Source of the DNA: Octopus bimaculoides
Taxonomy: Eukaryota
Assembly: GCF_001194135.2 (NCBI RefSeq)
Contig: NC_068987.1
Span: 104,454,833-104,518,832, forward strand
DNA: 64,000 nt
Direction of reading: 5' to 3'
Of this stretch, positions 1 to 12,880 are shown one piece after another. The notes under the pieces were generated by a model. It had not been told where the DNA came from, made no database searches, and saw only the letters and a program-made list of their open reading frames with translations. The translations under genes and the position numbers were made by a program. Numbering within the stretch: position 1 is the first letter of the stretch; each line of letters opens with the position of its first letter.

Positions 1-659
1 ATATATATATATATATATATAACTTTACATAACTCGTGGGTTCTATGCTGAGCAATAACATATCTACTCATTCATAGTACATTCTAGCAGATTCGAACAT
101 GATTCATCTGATTGCTGATGTTTTTCCTCATCGGAGAATACTTCCTTCCTTCAGAACATGTTCGTTATAAATACTCACAATACACAATACAACAGTATAA
201 CGAGGCTAAGACACTGCAGTGTTTTAACCTCATTGTGTGCTTCTTCAGTTAAAGCTACATACATACATACATACACCTGATTATGAATCCTCATTTGTAC
301 CTATAATCATAGGTACATTAGGTTATGTATCAACAAATTTGCACAAAAATCTAGAAATACTTGGTTTCACGGGAAAAAAGCAAGAGAAACTGACGCGGAT
401 TGTCTAAATCCAGTTTAGATTTGTGGTATAGTGAAAATCTGTAAGACGTTTCAAAAATTCTCAGTTTCAGATTCTTTTGTGAATAGATGCTCACTCTTGG
501 GTGTATGCATGGACAGTTCAACCAACACAGCAACTCAACCACATATTTGCAAACATCAGGAACTCTCTTAACTCAGAAAGTCTTCTTGCCTCTGTTAGCA
601 ACCAACTTGAATTCTCTTAAGAACTTAAATCAAACTCAAAGAAAAATCTACCCACACAC

Positions 660-699
<40 letters not shown>

Positions 700-774
700 C
701 AAATAATAAATGAGTATATGCATATACACGTACATGTATGTACATACTTACATCTACCTGTATATATAGATGCA

Positions 775-900
775 TATCTGGGTACAGGACATTGCAAACA
801 AAGCGTAGACAAAATGATAAACGAGTACAGAAAACACACAGGCCATATAGAGAACATCTCCTTCATCAGCTGCCCCCATTCTAACACAGGCGTTTCGAAG
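775..900 (-). repeat. Interspersed repeat family with CTGATGAAGG...GTCCTGTACCCA, copy 1
   Basis: Shares CTGATGAAGG, a T-rich body and GTCCTGTAyCCA...ATATGCAT with copies at 29450 and 36970. Confidence 0.55.
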
Positions 901-903
901 AGT

Positions 904-944
<41 letters not shown>

Positions 945-3900
945 CACGCGCAAACATATTTTCTTCTTTGTATGAAGCTGACTGTTGTCATACTCACAGG
1001 GCAATTATTTGAGCCACTCATTAGCACAATTAAATGTCCTAGGTATTGAACCCTGTTAGCTTTTGATCAAATACCAGTGGAAGCCACCTATTATTCTGGT
1101 GAAACCCATTGAACTGAAACACTCGTTCGTTGTACATTGAAAAACTGCCGATCACAGTTTTGTGCCTCAATGCTTGATTTATGGCAAACTGGTGTTCTTT
1201 TCAGCTTCTCCGATTAAATGCTTTACTGCACTCATTCCGGTTCGCTACGTGCTTAGTTTGAAATTCTGCCGATGTTAACTTTGTCTTTTATTTTCTTCGA
1301 GCTGGATAAAGAAAGTACCGGTCAGTGGTAAGGTCGAGTGTCCCCCCTCTCCCTCCGTCCCCTCTCTCTCTCTCTCTTGTCTAGAAGTATTTGGCTGTTT
1401 CTAACCTGAAGTGAGATGGGCCCTGCCACATTAAAAATGCTAAAGATGCGCCGTATTGCTCGAAGGCACCTTAGGGCTCCATCAAGAATAAAATACTCTT
1501 TCCTGTACTTGATTCACGTACTCAAGAAGCTAACCAGAAATAGCAGCTAAATGTCCCTACTTTCCGTAACAATGTAATAAGAATCACACATAAGACAATA
1601 GAGTCCTAAATACACTTTATCTAGTAAAAAAACAAACAAACAAATATAAAGATGGTCAAATCTAGAAATCTTTGAACCAATGCCGTCTTGAGGCATAGTT
1701 AGACTGTGGTCAGTGCCCGGAGATCCTTCAAGTCTAGGGTCCCTAAGGCTAACTTGTGTATGTAGGGTCCTCAATGCATTGCTTCGCCCAGAGCCTATAA
1801 TGCTGTTAAAACGGCTATACTTTTGACCATACGCTTCCTCGATCAGGTATGACCTTGGTTAAAAAGCAACTGGCTTCGTTGGAGTTAAGGAAGTGTTTTT
1901 GTCTGTCAGTGTATTTCACTTTTTTCTTTTTCCTTTTTTTGTTTTCTTTGTCTGGTTGACTACTCTGTCGAATCGGTCGACGATAAAGGAAATAAATAAT
2001 TCATACAAAACACATTCATACATAAAAGAAACACATCTATTTACGAGATCGCCAAATAATGCGACTCGTTTGTTGTCAGTAATCGAAAACAACAACAACA
2101 AAAAAAACCCAGCAAACCCCAAACAAGAATAATAATATATATAAATAAATAAATAAAATTGAAACTTTCTTCTTCTTTCGCAGCAAGACTTCAAAAGATG
2201 ATCGATCAACGTGATCAATATTTAAAAATGTTTTGTATAAAATGTCAAACTAGAATACTAAACAAACAAGGGGAAATAATTAGAAAGGTTTAAAAATTCT
2301 CAGCACTCTTCTATTTTTCCCTCTCTCCTCCTCCGTACAACGTTCTTTCTTCTTTCTTTCCCTTCTTGTCTTTTCAGTTTTCTTTCAAAGCAGTAAAACT
2401 TATTATTATTTTTTTACGACAACGACCACGATGACGAATTCGATCGAATATGACGTTAAAACATGCATTGTATCCGCTTTCCACACAAAATGTTCTTAAT
2501 ATTATCATTAAACTAACATGCATCGGGTTTGAGTTTTTATTAATTGTTATTCTTCTTTTATTACAATCGTCAAACAGAACTGTAATCAATGCAAATCGTC
2601 ATCAATACAGTTTTGTTGTTTATGTTTTTTTGTCGATTGTTAATGATGTTATTGTTGATGTTGTTGTCGTTCGTCTTGCCGCCGTTGTTATTGTTGTTGT
2701 TGTTGTAGCTGCTACTGTTATTATTGTTGCTCCTATATTCTGTTTGTTGCCGGTAATGTCTGGCGTTGTTGATTGTTATTGCTGCTACTGTGTCAATACA
2801 TTCTGTCGTTGTTGTTGTTGTTGTTGTCGTTGTTGTTGTGGGTTAAATTACTTTCGATCGAGATGCATGGAAACTGGAGCCCATGAATGGTAAAGTATGA
2901 AAAAAAAAAAAAATATATATATATATATATGAAAAAAAGCAGGGCTTTGAATAAATGAACAGTCATGAATAAAAAGTAGAAAGAAGAGAAAGAAAATACG
3001 AGCGAACATAGCACACGCACTCACATTCACACTAATATATGTGTGTATGTGTGTGAACAGAGAGAAAGAGAAAGAGAAGGAAAGGGAGCGAGAGAGTTAC
3101 AGAAAGAATGTCATATGAAAGGAAACAAAACAGAGATAACTATGAATTTTGATAAGTCACCGTTATGAGAGTTCAGGGCCTTTATTTATGATTAAGGTAA
3201 TTGTCATAAAGAGCCACGGTCGAGACACACGGCCAGTTGTCCAATGACACAACAGGCCGTGTAGTAAACAAGCTGAAAGTGTGGGGGAAAGGAGGCCAAG
3301 ATTTTAAGGCGGTGCTAGTGAGGAAGAGATTGAAAAAAAGAAACGAGAAGAAATTAAGCCAAAAAAAAAGCTGTACGTGTGTCGATGAGAGTGAAAATGA
3401 GTTGATAAAAATATAAAACAAAGTAACAATGCGTGGGGGAAGAAAAAAGATAAATAAAACATTGTATAAAATAAATTAAATAGAACAACAATAAGTGAAA
3501 AAAAGGCTCGGAGAAACGATTGAATCGAAAGTACCCAACACAAACTTCAGCTCTGTCTGCTATTGGCTGATTCGTCAGGCAATAAAGGAGTGGCTTATTT
3601 CATTTTTTTTTTTCCGTCACATGGCGGTAGGAAGTGTTTTTGTTCTGTTTTAATTGTAAAGATGTTGTTATTATTGCTTCCTTGTATACGTTGCACACGT
3701 ATACACACACACAAATAACATAAATGCGCATGGGATGTTCTCCGTACTTATGTATATACACAATCAACTGTAATAGATTTGCCTGCCAGTGATTCTTTTA
3801 CATAAATAACACATCGAAGTTTTAATTATGGGAACTAGATACGAAACCCCACCCCTTCTGTCGCTTTATAACAGAATCTCGTGGCTGGATCCCGAACTCG

Positions 3901-5711
3901 TCAACTCGTTCACACCCACTCGTGTTTACGTTTATTTTTGCCTCTTTTCTTTTTCTTTTCTTGTCTTTATTATTATTTTTGTTTTATCCTTTCTTTGATA
4001 TCACTTAAGTACTTATACTTTTCGCTTAGCACAAACACACACACACACACTCACATATACATATACAACATACGCATATAGACATGCTGCATATTCACAC
4101 TCTTTCGTGAAAGACACACACATACATACACATACATACAAGCATACAGATGAAATAATCAGTGCCACGTATACACACACACACCTCCTTTACAAACTGA
4201 TCTCCACTCTAATATACGCATGATCGTCACACAAGCATACACTTGATCCACTTGATCTCAATACAAACATACACATGATAGAGCAGTTGGTAGGGGATGA
4301 AGGTGGGCAAAACTGTAGGTGAGTGGGTGGGTGATGAAGCTAATAAGAGAAATCGTACTAATTACGGGCATATAATATAATATATACTCAGGGTCCTTTC
4401 CATCGTCTTTCTTTATTTATTTATTTTCAGTTGATTGATAGTATAAAGCTAACTTTCAACGTGTGACAACTACAGCAACAACAACAATGCAGATACCCCG
4501 CTTTCACCTTCTCCTTTGCACCCAGCCACACCCAGCTCAAAACTTTCTCCCCGTTTCTCATTTTCTCTTCACTTCAACCTTATTTTTTTATATTTCATTT
4601 TTTGTTAATAGTTAAAAAAAAAAAAAACTGAATTGTACTGCCAAATAATTGAAAAGGGTAGTCTTTGTTACCGGTGTGTAGGTGTAGGATGCGCGCACGC
4701 GTGTTTGTATGTGTATATATGTGTGTGTGTGTGTGTGTGTAACACACTGTCGCAACTTATGCGTATATGAGACTGTATATAAGAAAATATGTATATGTAT
4801 ATATGCGTTTTTATCTATACACATATATATGTATGAGATTGTTCATTTATATCTATGTGTTTTCATATATATGTGTTCGTTTTCGAACGACCTTACATAT
4901 TTTATCTAATTATTTGTTTATTTTTATACTTTATTTCTTAGTTTGCGTTTTATTTATTTATTACATATCCTTTTATTTTTGTTTTTTGTCTCCAAGCTCT
5001 TTTCTCTTTCCCTCTCTTTTTCACCATTTCGCTTTCAGCAAACAAAAAACTTTCCTGCAATGAAAAGAAATAACTTTTAATTTATTATATGCCGCTGTCA
5101 CATAGAAATACGACAGATTGCTTGATGTGTTAAAGAAAATCGGTATTGAATAGGTCAATTTTCGGAAGAAAGAACCCATTCTTATGTTTTCATTAAATAA
5201 TTTATTTTAAAGAAACAGATTCGTTTCGAATGTATTTAAAACTATTTCTTTGTTCATTGTATATTTGGTTCAATGTACTAATTAATTAGTTACAATTATA
5301 AACAAACTTAAAAGACAGTGGAAATTTTAAATATCAGTTTACAAATTTGATTAATTTTCTAGAATTTGAGTTGTTTTAGAGTTCCTCATTACAGTGTCAG
5401 TTTAATTAAATAATTACCAGACAAATGTATTCGATTTATAGAGTGTTATAAAGAAGAGGAAATGACCGACTTAAAATTATTTAAAATAAAATTTTAATGA
5501 TGCGATGACTGAGGTTAGCATCTTCAGATACACTAAAACAAATGTAACGGTTCGGTGACTCATCGGAAAGAAGGAGTTACGGTGCATTGGAGCGGTACTT
5601 GTTGCCACTCAATAAAATGTCCATTAGAACTGGTAACCCCGAGCAAAGGTTACAGCGAACAAGCTTGAGAGAAAGGGTCTCAGTCACTGCTTCGTTTTAT
5701 AATTTCCAAAA

Positions 5712-5978
5712 GTCTGGAAACTGAAAGAAGCCCATCGTATATNNNNNNNNNNNNNNNNNNNNNNNNNNNNNNNNNNNNNNNNNNNNNNNNNNNNNNNNNN
5801 NNNNNNNNNNNNNNNNNNNNNNNNNNNNNNNNNNNNNNNNNNNNNNNNNNNNNNNNNNNNNNNNNNNNNNNNNNNNNNNNNNNNNNNNNNNNNNNNNNNN
5901 NNNNNNNNNNNNNNNNNNNNNNNNNNNNNNNNNNNNNNNNNNNNNNNNNNNNNNNNNNNNNNNNNNNNNNNNNNNNTA

Positions 5979-6009
<31 letters not shown>

Positions 6010-6232
6010 GTGTGTATATGTTTGTGTGTCTGTGTTTGTCCCCCCCCACTTCGCTTGACAACCGAGGCTGGTGTGTTTACGTACCCGTAACTTAGCGGTT
6101 CGGCAAAAAGAGACCGACAGAATAAGTACTAGGCTTACAAAGAATAAGTCCTGGGGTCGATTTGCTCGACTAAAAGGCGATGCCCCAGCATGGCCGCAGT
6201 CAAATGACTGAAACAAGTAAAAGAGTAAAAGA
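5712..6232 (+). mobile_element. SINE family B, 5'-truncated, internal microsatellite spans a gap
   Basis: GGAAACTGAAAGAAGCCC..., then TA/TATG repeats, then a body and GACTGAAACAAGTAAAAGAG tail matching the full copy at 62828. Confidence 0.85.
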
Positions 6233-6346
6233 GGATCACTTTCGACTAGAGACATGTGCCACCATAGTTAATAAGCTGTACGTACTTACGGATGTATGTA
6301 TGTATGTAAGTATGTATGTATGCGTGTGCGTAGGTGTGTGTGTGTG

Positions 6347-6667
6347 AAGGCGGGAAGCTTATGGTTAGGCTCATATTTGGCTCATGATCGTAAGGTCGTG
6401 TGTTCGATTCTCGGTGGCGTGTTGTGTCTTTGAGCAAGACACTTTATTTCACGTTGCTCCAGTTCACTCATGTGGCAAAAATGAGTTGTACCTGTAATTC
6501 AAAGGGCCGGTTTTGTCACATTCTGTGTCACGCTGAATCTACCTGAGAACTACCTTGAGGGTACGCGTGTCCGTGGAGTGCTTAGTTAAATGCACATTAA
6601 TCTCACGAGTAGCCTGTTCCGTTGATCGGATCAGCTAGAACCCTCGTCATTGTAACCGACCGAGTGC

Positions 6668-6670
<3 letters not shown>
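6347..6670 (+). mobile_element. tRNA-derived SINE family C
   Basis: B-box-like GTTCGATTC; the 3' half (CTGTAATTCAAAGGG...GAGTGCCA) aligns with the copies at 40364 and 17038. Confidence 0.85.
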
Positions 6671-6706
<36 letters not shown>

Positions 6707-7194
6707 GATAGGATTTTGTTAGCATCCGTCTTTCATGCCATCATTGTTTCACAGCACGTTTCAAATTTGTAGAACTGAAACTTAGAATATTAGAAAAGAA
6801 AAAAAAATAGGCAAATAAAATGTGAATGTCTTTCTTGGAGGTCTTATTGAAATAAAGTTAAATGAAATTGTTTCGACCGAGAATCGAAACTAAGTCATAG
6901 TCTCCTTGAGCAAAGACTTTGCCTGTTTCTGGTCAAGAAATCATGTCATAATTACATAAAATAGATAAATATAAAACTGCTTAGGAAATTGGTTTAGTGG
7001 ATTAGAAACGATCTTTCAGCAAATAATGAACAATCTGTTCAATCGTTACCAAAGCAGACTATTTATATGTTGGTCTGAAAAGCTTGTTTCCATATCGGAT
7101 GGTCCAGCATGGTTTAAGTAACCCTCAATCATAAATAGTTGCGTATTTCAACCTTTTCCAAACTAACATTGCCTCGTTATTGCTCGCTACGTAT

Positions 7195-7284
7195 AAAGGC
7201 GGTGCGCCGGAAGAATCGTTAGCACGCCGGACAAAATGCTCAGCGACATTTCATCCGTTTTTACTTTCTGAATTCAAATTCCCC
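7195..7284 (+). mobile_element. SINE family A head fragment
   Basis: GAAGAATCGTTAGCACGCCGG...GAATTCAAATTCC matches the family A head. Confidence 0.75.
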
Positions 7285-7740
7285 GAAAAATTTGGTCTCA
7301 CTGATGGCCACCATATCTATATCTAGGTCGTTAAACCTATATCCAAGGTCGTTAAACATGTAATCACGTTTTCCAGACGATCCCAGGCTACATGAATCCA
7401 AACTTTTCTTCCGAGTAAAGACCACTTTGGATAATAAAGGACAGACACTCCACCCTTTCTTCTACTTAGTAGCTATCTTGGAAATTTCGTTTTGATTGAA
7501 AAAAAAAGTCTTTCTTTTTTTTCAGTTGGGTGAGTAACAAGAGGTGAATGATCAGTCCCTTTCAGTCCCGGTTAGTTTAACAAGTTCAACCAATAAAATT
7601 AAGAAATACGACTCTCTTGTAAAAATAAAAGGCAAAACAAAAAAAACAAATACGAAAAACAGGTACAAGTTTACGGTGTTCCTAAAACATGTTTGGTCAC
7701 GGCAATGAACAACAACAACAACAACAAGATCAACAGCAAC

Positions 7741-7935
7741 GAAATAATAATGGCTTCACATTTTGGCACATTTTGAGAGGCGGGCGTTAGTCGATTACAC
7801 CAACACCAATACTTGACAGGTATGTTATTTCATTGACTCAGGATCGATGAAAGATAAAGTCTTTTGAACTCAGAATGTTAAAAACAAGAACAAATATGGT
7901 GAGGATTTACTCTGCCGCTTGCTATATCTGCCGGC
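7741..7935 (-). mobile_element. SINE family A, degenerate
   Basis: The reverse complement matches the family A body (TTCTGAGTTCAAA, GTAATCGACTAA) and tail. Confidence 0.55.
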
Positions 7936-7949
7936 TTGTTATAATATTT

Positions 7950-8200
7950 TGAATATTGTGAAGACAGATAAAGAGAAAACCGAAAAGTACCAAAACCTAA
8001 CATTGGAAGTGAAATGTATCCATAATGCCTCAAAATCGTGATGGGTGCATTTAGGACATCTCAAAGAAAGCAATGTTCTGGCACGAGAAGCTGAAAATCC
8101 CAAACTTCATGGAAAGGACACAGTTGGCAGCAATACTCGAAACAGCACATGTGTTGAGGAAACTGCTGCATCTCTAAGCTGCGAGACGGAGCTGAAATGT
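7950..8200 (+). mobile_element. Degenerate R4/Dong-like LINE 3' end (RLE region)
   Basis: Broken frames read EKTEKYQNLTLEVK, IVMGA and AAILETAHVLRK, paralleling the RLE C-terminus at 48730-49248. Confidence 0.5.
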
Positions 8201-8269
8201 AACACTCACTCATTCACTGAATCACTAATAATAGCAGACACGCTGGAAAAACAAAAGAAAACAGTAGTA

Positions 8270-9180
8270 ATTTGACTGGTTTTGAAACTTCGCTAAGCGA
8301 CTGCATTCATGTATAAGCTAATATTCTGACCTAATCGCGTAGAAGCATTTTATCCATGACAAAGACACCGGCTTCCTACTGTCTACCATCCATGGATACT
8401 AGAATCTGCCAATCATAGGTGGAGAATGGTAACACACCTATAAACTGTCAACGTGAGGTGGGCTTTCCTGGAAACTACGTTTGTTGATACAATGAGTGAC
8501 ATCTCCATGTTGACCTTTCAAAGGAGATGTGGGAGCGGTTTCATAGCAGATGAAATCTACCTCAGCGAAGAACGTTTCCTGTTCAGGAGAGCTTTACCCA
8601 TCTTCTTTTCGGATATTCTTCTTTAGTCTTTTACGATTGTTTTAAATTATTTATTCGTTTTTCATTTTCTCGAACAAGTCTTCTGAACTCCATAAATGAT
8701 TTGGATAGTGCTATTGTGAGGAGGGGATTCTTGCAGGTTCTCTTCCAGCTGTAGTTTTTGTTACTGTGGGTAACCCTCCTTTTCTGTCTTCTTTCATTCT
8801 CATCGCTGGTTCTGGCTGGTTGAGAGATATCCCGAGTCTCCTAGTTAACTCATGGAAATACGGACAAGGCTGACTCTAAAAATGTGCCTGGTAACGCATT
8901 TTGCTGTTATACCGTCTTAGCAATCTTTAGGATTTGGGGATTTGAGGTTGCTTTTTTTTTTTCTTTTTGAGCTTTCCAAGTGGAAAGCTTTCTCTACTGG
9001 ATACTATTTCTTAAGCCTTCCTCTTAGTGCTTCTACAGATTATAACGCTGAGATTGTTTTGTCGTCTCACTGTTCACTTGTACGTGTATGGTGACCGCAC
9101 CTGACCACATATCGCCGTAGGTTGTTAAGTCGGCGCTGACCACACGAAAGTGACTATGAGCCAAAGTTTGACGCCATGAT
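8270..9180 (-). mobile_element. Highly degenerate non-LTR remnant, possibly R4/Dong pre-RT region
   Basis: Scattered motifs only (LRRYN, DVTHCINK), with many stops. Confidence 0.3.
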
Positions 9181-9344
9181 CGATGTCCTTAGTGATCTTT
9201 GTATTTCTTTTTCCGAAATATCGAGGAGCCAGTTTACGGATAGATGTGTCCGGTATTATTTGGGTTCCTGCTTTCGTCTCATTCTATATCTTGACAACAT
9301 ACACAAACACACACTCGCACACTCACACATTTGAAGATGGTACT

Positions 9345-9570
9345 AAATTCTTCAGATTTCTAAGCAAAGAAATACTCAATATCATTTTTAATCCCTTCAC
9401 AATTCTTAAACAGCTTTCTCTCTAAATAATGTTGTAACGATCTGAAAGGATGATAGTCAGAGCAAGGTCCGCAGAGTAAGAAGGAGGAAGCGAAATCTTC
9501 TATATTTAGTGGTGTAATCTTTTCCCGACTGATTTGCGTTTTATGCAGTCCTGCATTATCGTATAAGATT
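9345..9570 (-). mobile_element. mariner (DD34D-type) transposase C-terminal remnant
   Basis: ORF 9360-9629 contains ILYDNAGLH (HDNARPH-like) and SDYHPFRSLQHYL (PSDYHLFRSL-like). Confidence 0.8.
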
Positions 9571-9859
9571 ACGTAGGACGGCATATTACGAAAACCTATA
9601 ATAATATTATAAGTCCTCGGAAATATCAAACCAATTATGATTGGCGCTACAAGTTTGAGATTTCCGTATTTTCTCCACCATTAATCGAAGGTAAACTTGT
9701 ACTGTGTGTTCTTCATTCTTCCTATTCTAAGGTGGTTGAAAAATGATTTGTGTGAAATGTAGCTGATATATATAGATCTGTACCTCGAAAACGATAAGTA
9801 CTTGATAATTTGACAAATAATTTAGCATGGAACTTTAGAAAATGTAATGAAACACACAA

Positions 9860-11080
9860 CTAACGTATCATCAATTGCAACGAGATTACTGGCGGATAGG
9901 GAAGCATTAGGAGCGGACAGAATTCCAAACGAAGTGTGGGAAAGTGGAGGGGACTCATTTATTAGATGTATACTAGTTTATGCAGGTATCATGGGTAGTT
10001 GATGATACCCGAAGGGACTAGAAAACTGCTAGAGTCGATTCTAAATTCAAGAAAGGTAACAGATATGAACACGAAAACTGTTAAGGGGTTTCTGTACATG
10101 TTATAATCAATTCTCTAGAGGGCATTACTCAACAGACTGAATACGAAAATTACCGCATGTGTTCTACTAGAAACACAATCTTGGAAACGATGCTCGGCGG
10201 CCAATATTTCCAGGAGAAATGTATGGAGCAAAATAAAAGATGGTGTGCAATGTTCATTAAGTTCAGCAAACCGGTCGAGACTGTGGTAGCTACATAGAAT
10301 ATTCATGTCACACAGATAAACTCCAGCTCAGCATACTTTGCTGATACAGTGAAAGTCAAACGGATGCATTCTTTCGAAAACGTTATTCTCGCTTTGATAC
10401 TTGGGGAGACACACCGTAGCTCAATCGAAGAAACTAGGTTTAACGCTAAACTGTTCAAGGTGCCACACTTCAAAACGAAGGTCAAGACTAAACAAATGTT
10501 AGTGAAAAATGTCTTTTTTGCAAAGGAATGTTCCATTCTACTCTATAATAAAAGGGACATGCAGAGTTTTGCGAGTGCCTTTGATACTACTACAAAGTTC
10601 GGTTAGAAAATTAATATCCGAAAGCTGAAATTCTGTATCAATCAAATTCTGAGTTGAGCCGAGTACCGCAACCTGAGCCCATCGTTACTGATGAGCAGGA
10701 AATAGCAGAGGCAAACTATTTACCTATTGTGAGTTGTGCAAAACTATCTCGGCCTTCGAAAGGTTGAGAATCATTCCAAGTTAAATATACTGGGTAATAG
10801 TACTATCCACCCTATTGGATGTATAGGTGTTATGGATGATACACTGCAAACAGGTAAAAATAAGCTGCATACGTTCATGACGAGACACTTGAGACAGATT
10901 ATGAATATCACATTGAAAAACAAAGTTAGAAACCCCCTCACCCTAGAAAAAATGCTGAGAAGATATACTGCTGTAATATGAAAGAGATTTTGGTGTAATG
11001 ACATACCCAATGACAAAAAATATTGAGCATAAGTTGTCTAATGATACGGAAAAATCAGAGTAGATCTCCGAATGAGATAT
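9860..11080 (+). mobile_element. RTE-clade LINE reverse transcriptase remnant
   Basis: GKALGADRIPNEVW, QEKCMEQNK, KTKVKTKQMLVKNVFFAKEC (decayed LLFADDC) and RHLRQIMNI occur in RTE order across frameshifts. Confidence 0.75.
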
Positions 11081-11580
11081 CCGGATCGTGGTTAAATTTA
11101 TATTATATGTGTGCGTGTGTGTGTAGAAAATTAATATAGACAGCAGTTTGCAATGTTTCACCAAAAAGGAAAACTATAATCGTCATTAAATATGACTAGG
11201 GTGTTAGAAACACCTACATTGCCAGAAATCCAAGCTAAAATGCTCTAATGATAAAACAAGGTTTAGAATATTCCAATTTGTTTTCTCCCAAACCAATGCT
11301 AATTGAGTCGTGGGTGGGGGGAAACGCATTTCTAGTGTTTGTTAAATAAATGTTTTTCTCAAGCCGTGTTACACCTGTGCTTATTGGTCAATTAGTACAA
11401 AGAGAAAAAAATTAGTCTAAATATTAATTTCAATATCTCACTTCATGACAGTGGAGCAGCTAACATCGGATTGCTTCGTTTAGAAGTAGATAAACGTATA
11501 ACTGACGTTACCAATATTTCGTTTTTTAAAGGAGATGATTTGCTTGGAGGAAAAGAAAGGCTTATACGTATGTTTATATC

Positions 11581-11622
<42 letters not shown>

Positions 11623-11999
11623 GGTATATATATATATATATANNNNNNNNNNNNNNNNNNNNNNNNNNNNNNNNNNNNNNNNNNNNNNNNNNNNNNNNNN
11701 NNNNNNNNNNNNNNNNNNNNNNNNNNNNNNNNNNNNNNNNNNNNNNNNNNNNNNNNNNNNNNNNNNNNNNNNNNNNNNNNNNNNNNNNNNNNNNNNNNNN
11801 NNNNNNNNNNNNNNNNNNNNNNNNNNNNNNNNNNNNNNNNNNNNNNNNNNNNNNNNNNNNNNNNNNNNNNNNNNNNNNNNNNNNNNNNNNNNNNNNNNNN
11901 NNNNNNNNNNNNNNNNNNNNNNNNNNNNNNNNNNNNNNNNNNNNNNNNNNNNNNNNNNNNNNNNNNNNNNNNNNNNNNNNNNNNNNNNNNNNNNNNNNN

Positions 12000-12031
<32 letters not shown>

Positions 12032-12042
12032 CATAGATGCGT

Positions 12043-12409
12043 GGTTTTGATTTCAGTTCCACAGTTCGCCTTGGGGCGACAAATGCCTCGTGAATGAATT
12101 TCGTAGACGGAAACTGCATGGAAGCTCGTCGTATGTGTGTGTGTGTATGTGTGTGTATGTGTGTGTGTGTGTGTGTGTGTGCGTGTGCGCGCGCGTGTGT
12201 TTGTGTCTGTGCTTGTGTTTGTCTTCTCCGCACTCGACAATCGATGTTTGTTTGCTTATGTACACGTAACTTAGCAGTTCGGTAAAAGAGACCGATAAAA
12301 TAAGTACTAGTCTCAAAAAGTAATAAGTGCAGGGGCTGGTTTGTTCGGCTAAACTGCTCAAGGCGATGCCCCAGCACGGCCGCAGTCCAATGACTGAAAC
12401 GAATTAAAG
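12043..12409 (+). mobile_element. SINE family B, diverged, internal (TG)n
   Basis: GTAGACGGAAACTG...CGTCG, then a microsatellite, then CGTAACTTAGCAGTTCGG...GGCCGCAGTC...GACTGAAAC. Confidence 0.8.
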
Positions 12410-12459
12410 CAAGCATAAATAATAGCCACCGTTTCTATTATGGGTAGAAGACCGTCTGT

Positions 12460-12571
12460 TTCATCGACGCTCCGAACTTGGCCGGCTCGGGGCCATAGTA
12501 GGAGACACTTTGCCGAGGGTCCCGAAACTGCGTGGCTGCAAAGCGAGCTTCTTACCTACACTGCTATGCCA
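12460..12571 (-). mobile_element. SINE family B head fragment
   Basis: The reverse complement resembles the GGTAAGAAGCTCGCTT...CACG head and the AAGTGTCTCCTACTATGGCCCC segment. Confidence 0.6.
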
Positions 12572-12574
12572 TAT

Positions 12575-12880
12575 ACACGGTCTTGTGGTTAGGGTGCCTC
12601 AGTCATGATTGCGACATCGTGGTTTCGACTCCCAGACTGGACTCTACGTTGTGTGCTTGTGCAAAGCCCTTCGTTTCACGTTGCTCTGAGGTCTTTTCCA
12701 CATCTGACGTTTGGCACACTTGTGTACCTGTACAGGCAACGACAATTTGAAATTTGAAATAGGGAATGAACCTATGTGAACACAAACATTTGATCACTAA
12801 AAGACAAAATGAACCATCTGTGTAGTTGTTGTTCAGCACGAAATCGCGGAACCCCCCATCCATCGTCTTAACGACAGGAA
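12575..12880 (+). mobile_element. SINE family C-like, degenerate
   Basis: GTGGTTAGGGTG...GGTTTCGACTCCCAGAC head and TTTCACGTTGCTC body. Confidence 0.55.

Noticed and set aside
487-975. 162-aa ORF, and the many YI/CV/HT-repeat ORFs throughout the window
   Set aside because: These are translations of (TA)n, (TG)n and (CA)n microsatellites and N-gaps, with no protein-like sequence.
2450-2893. 147-aa Val/Cys-rich ORF resembling a membrane or cysteine-rich (CHIC-like) protein
   Set aside because: It derives from degenerate (GTT)n repeats, has no CHIC motif, and the antisense frame contains a stop.
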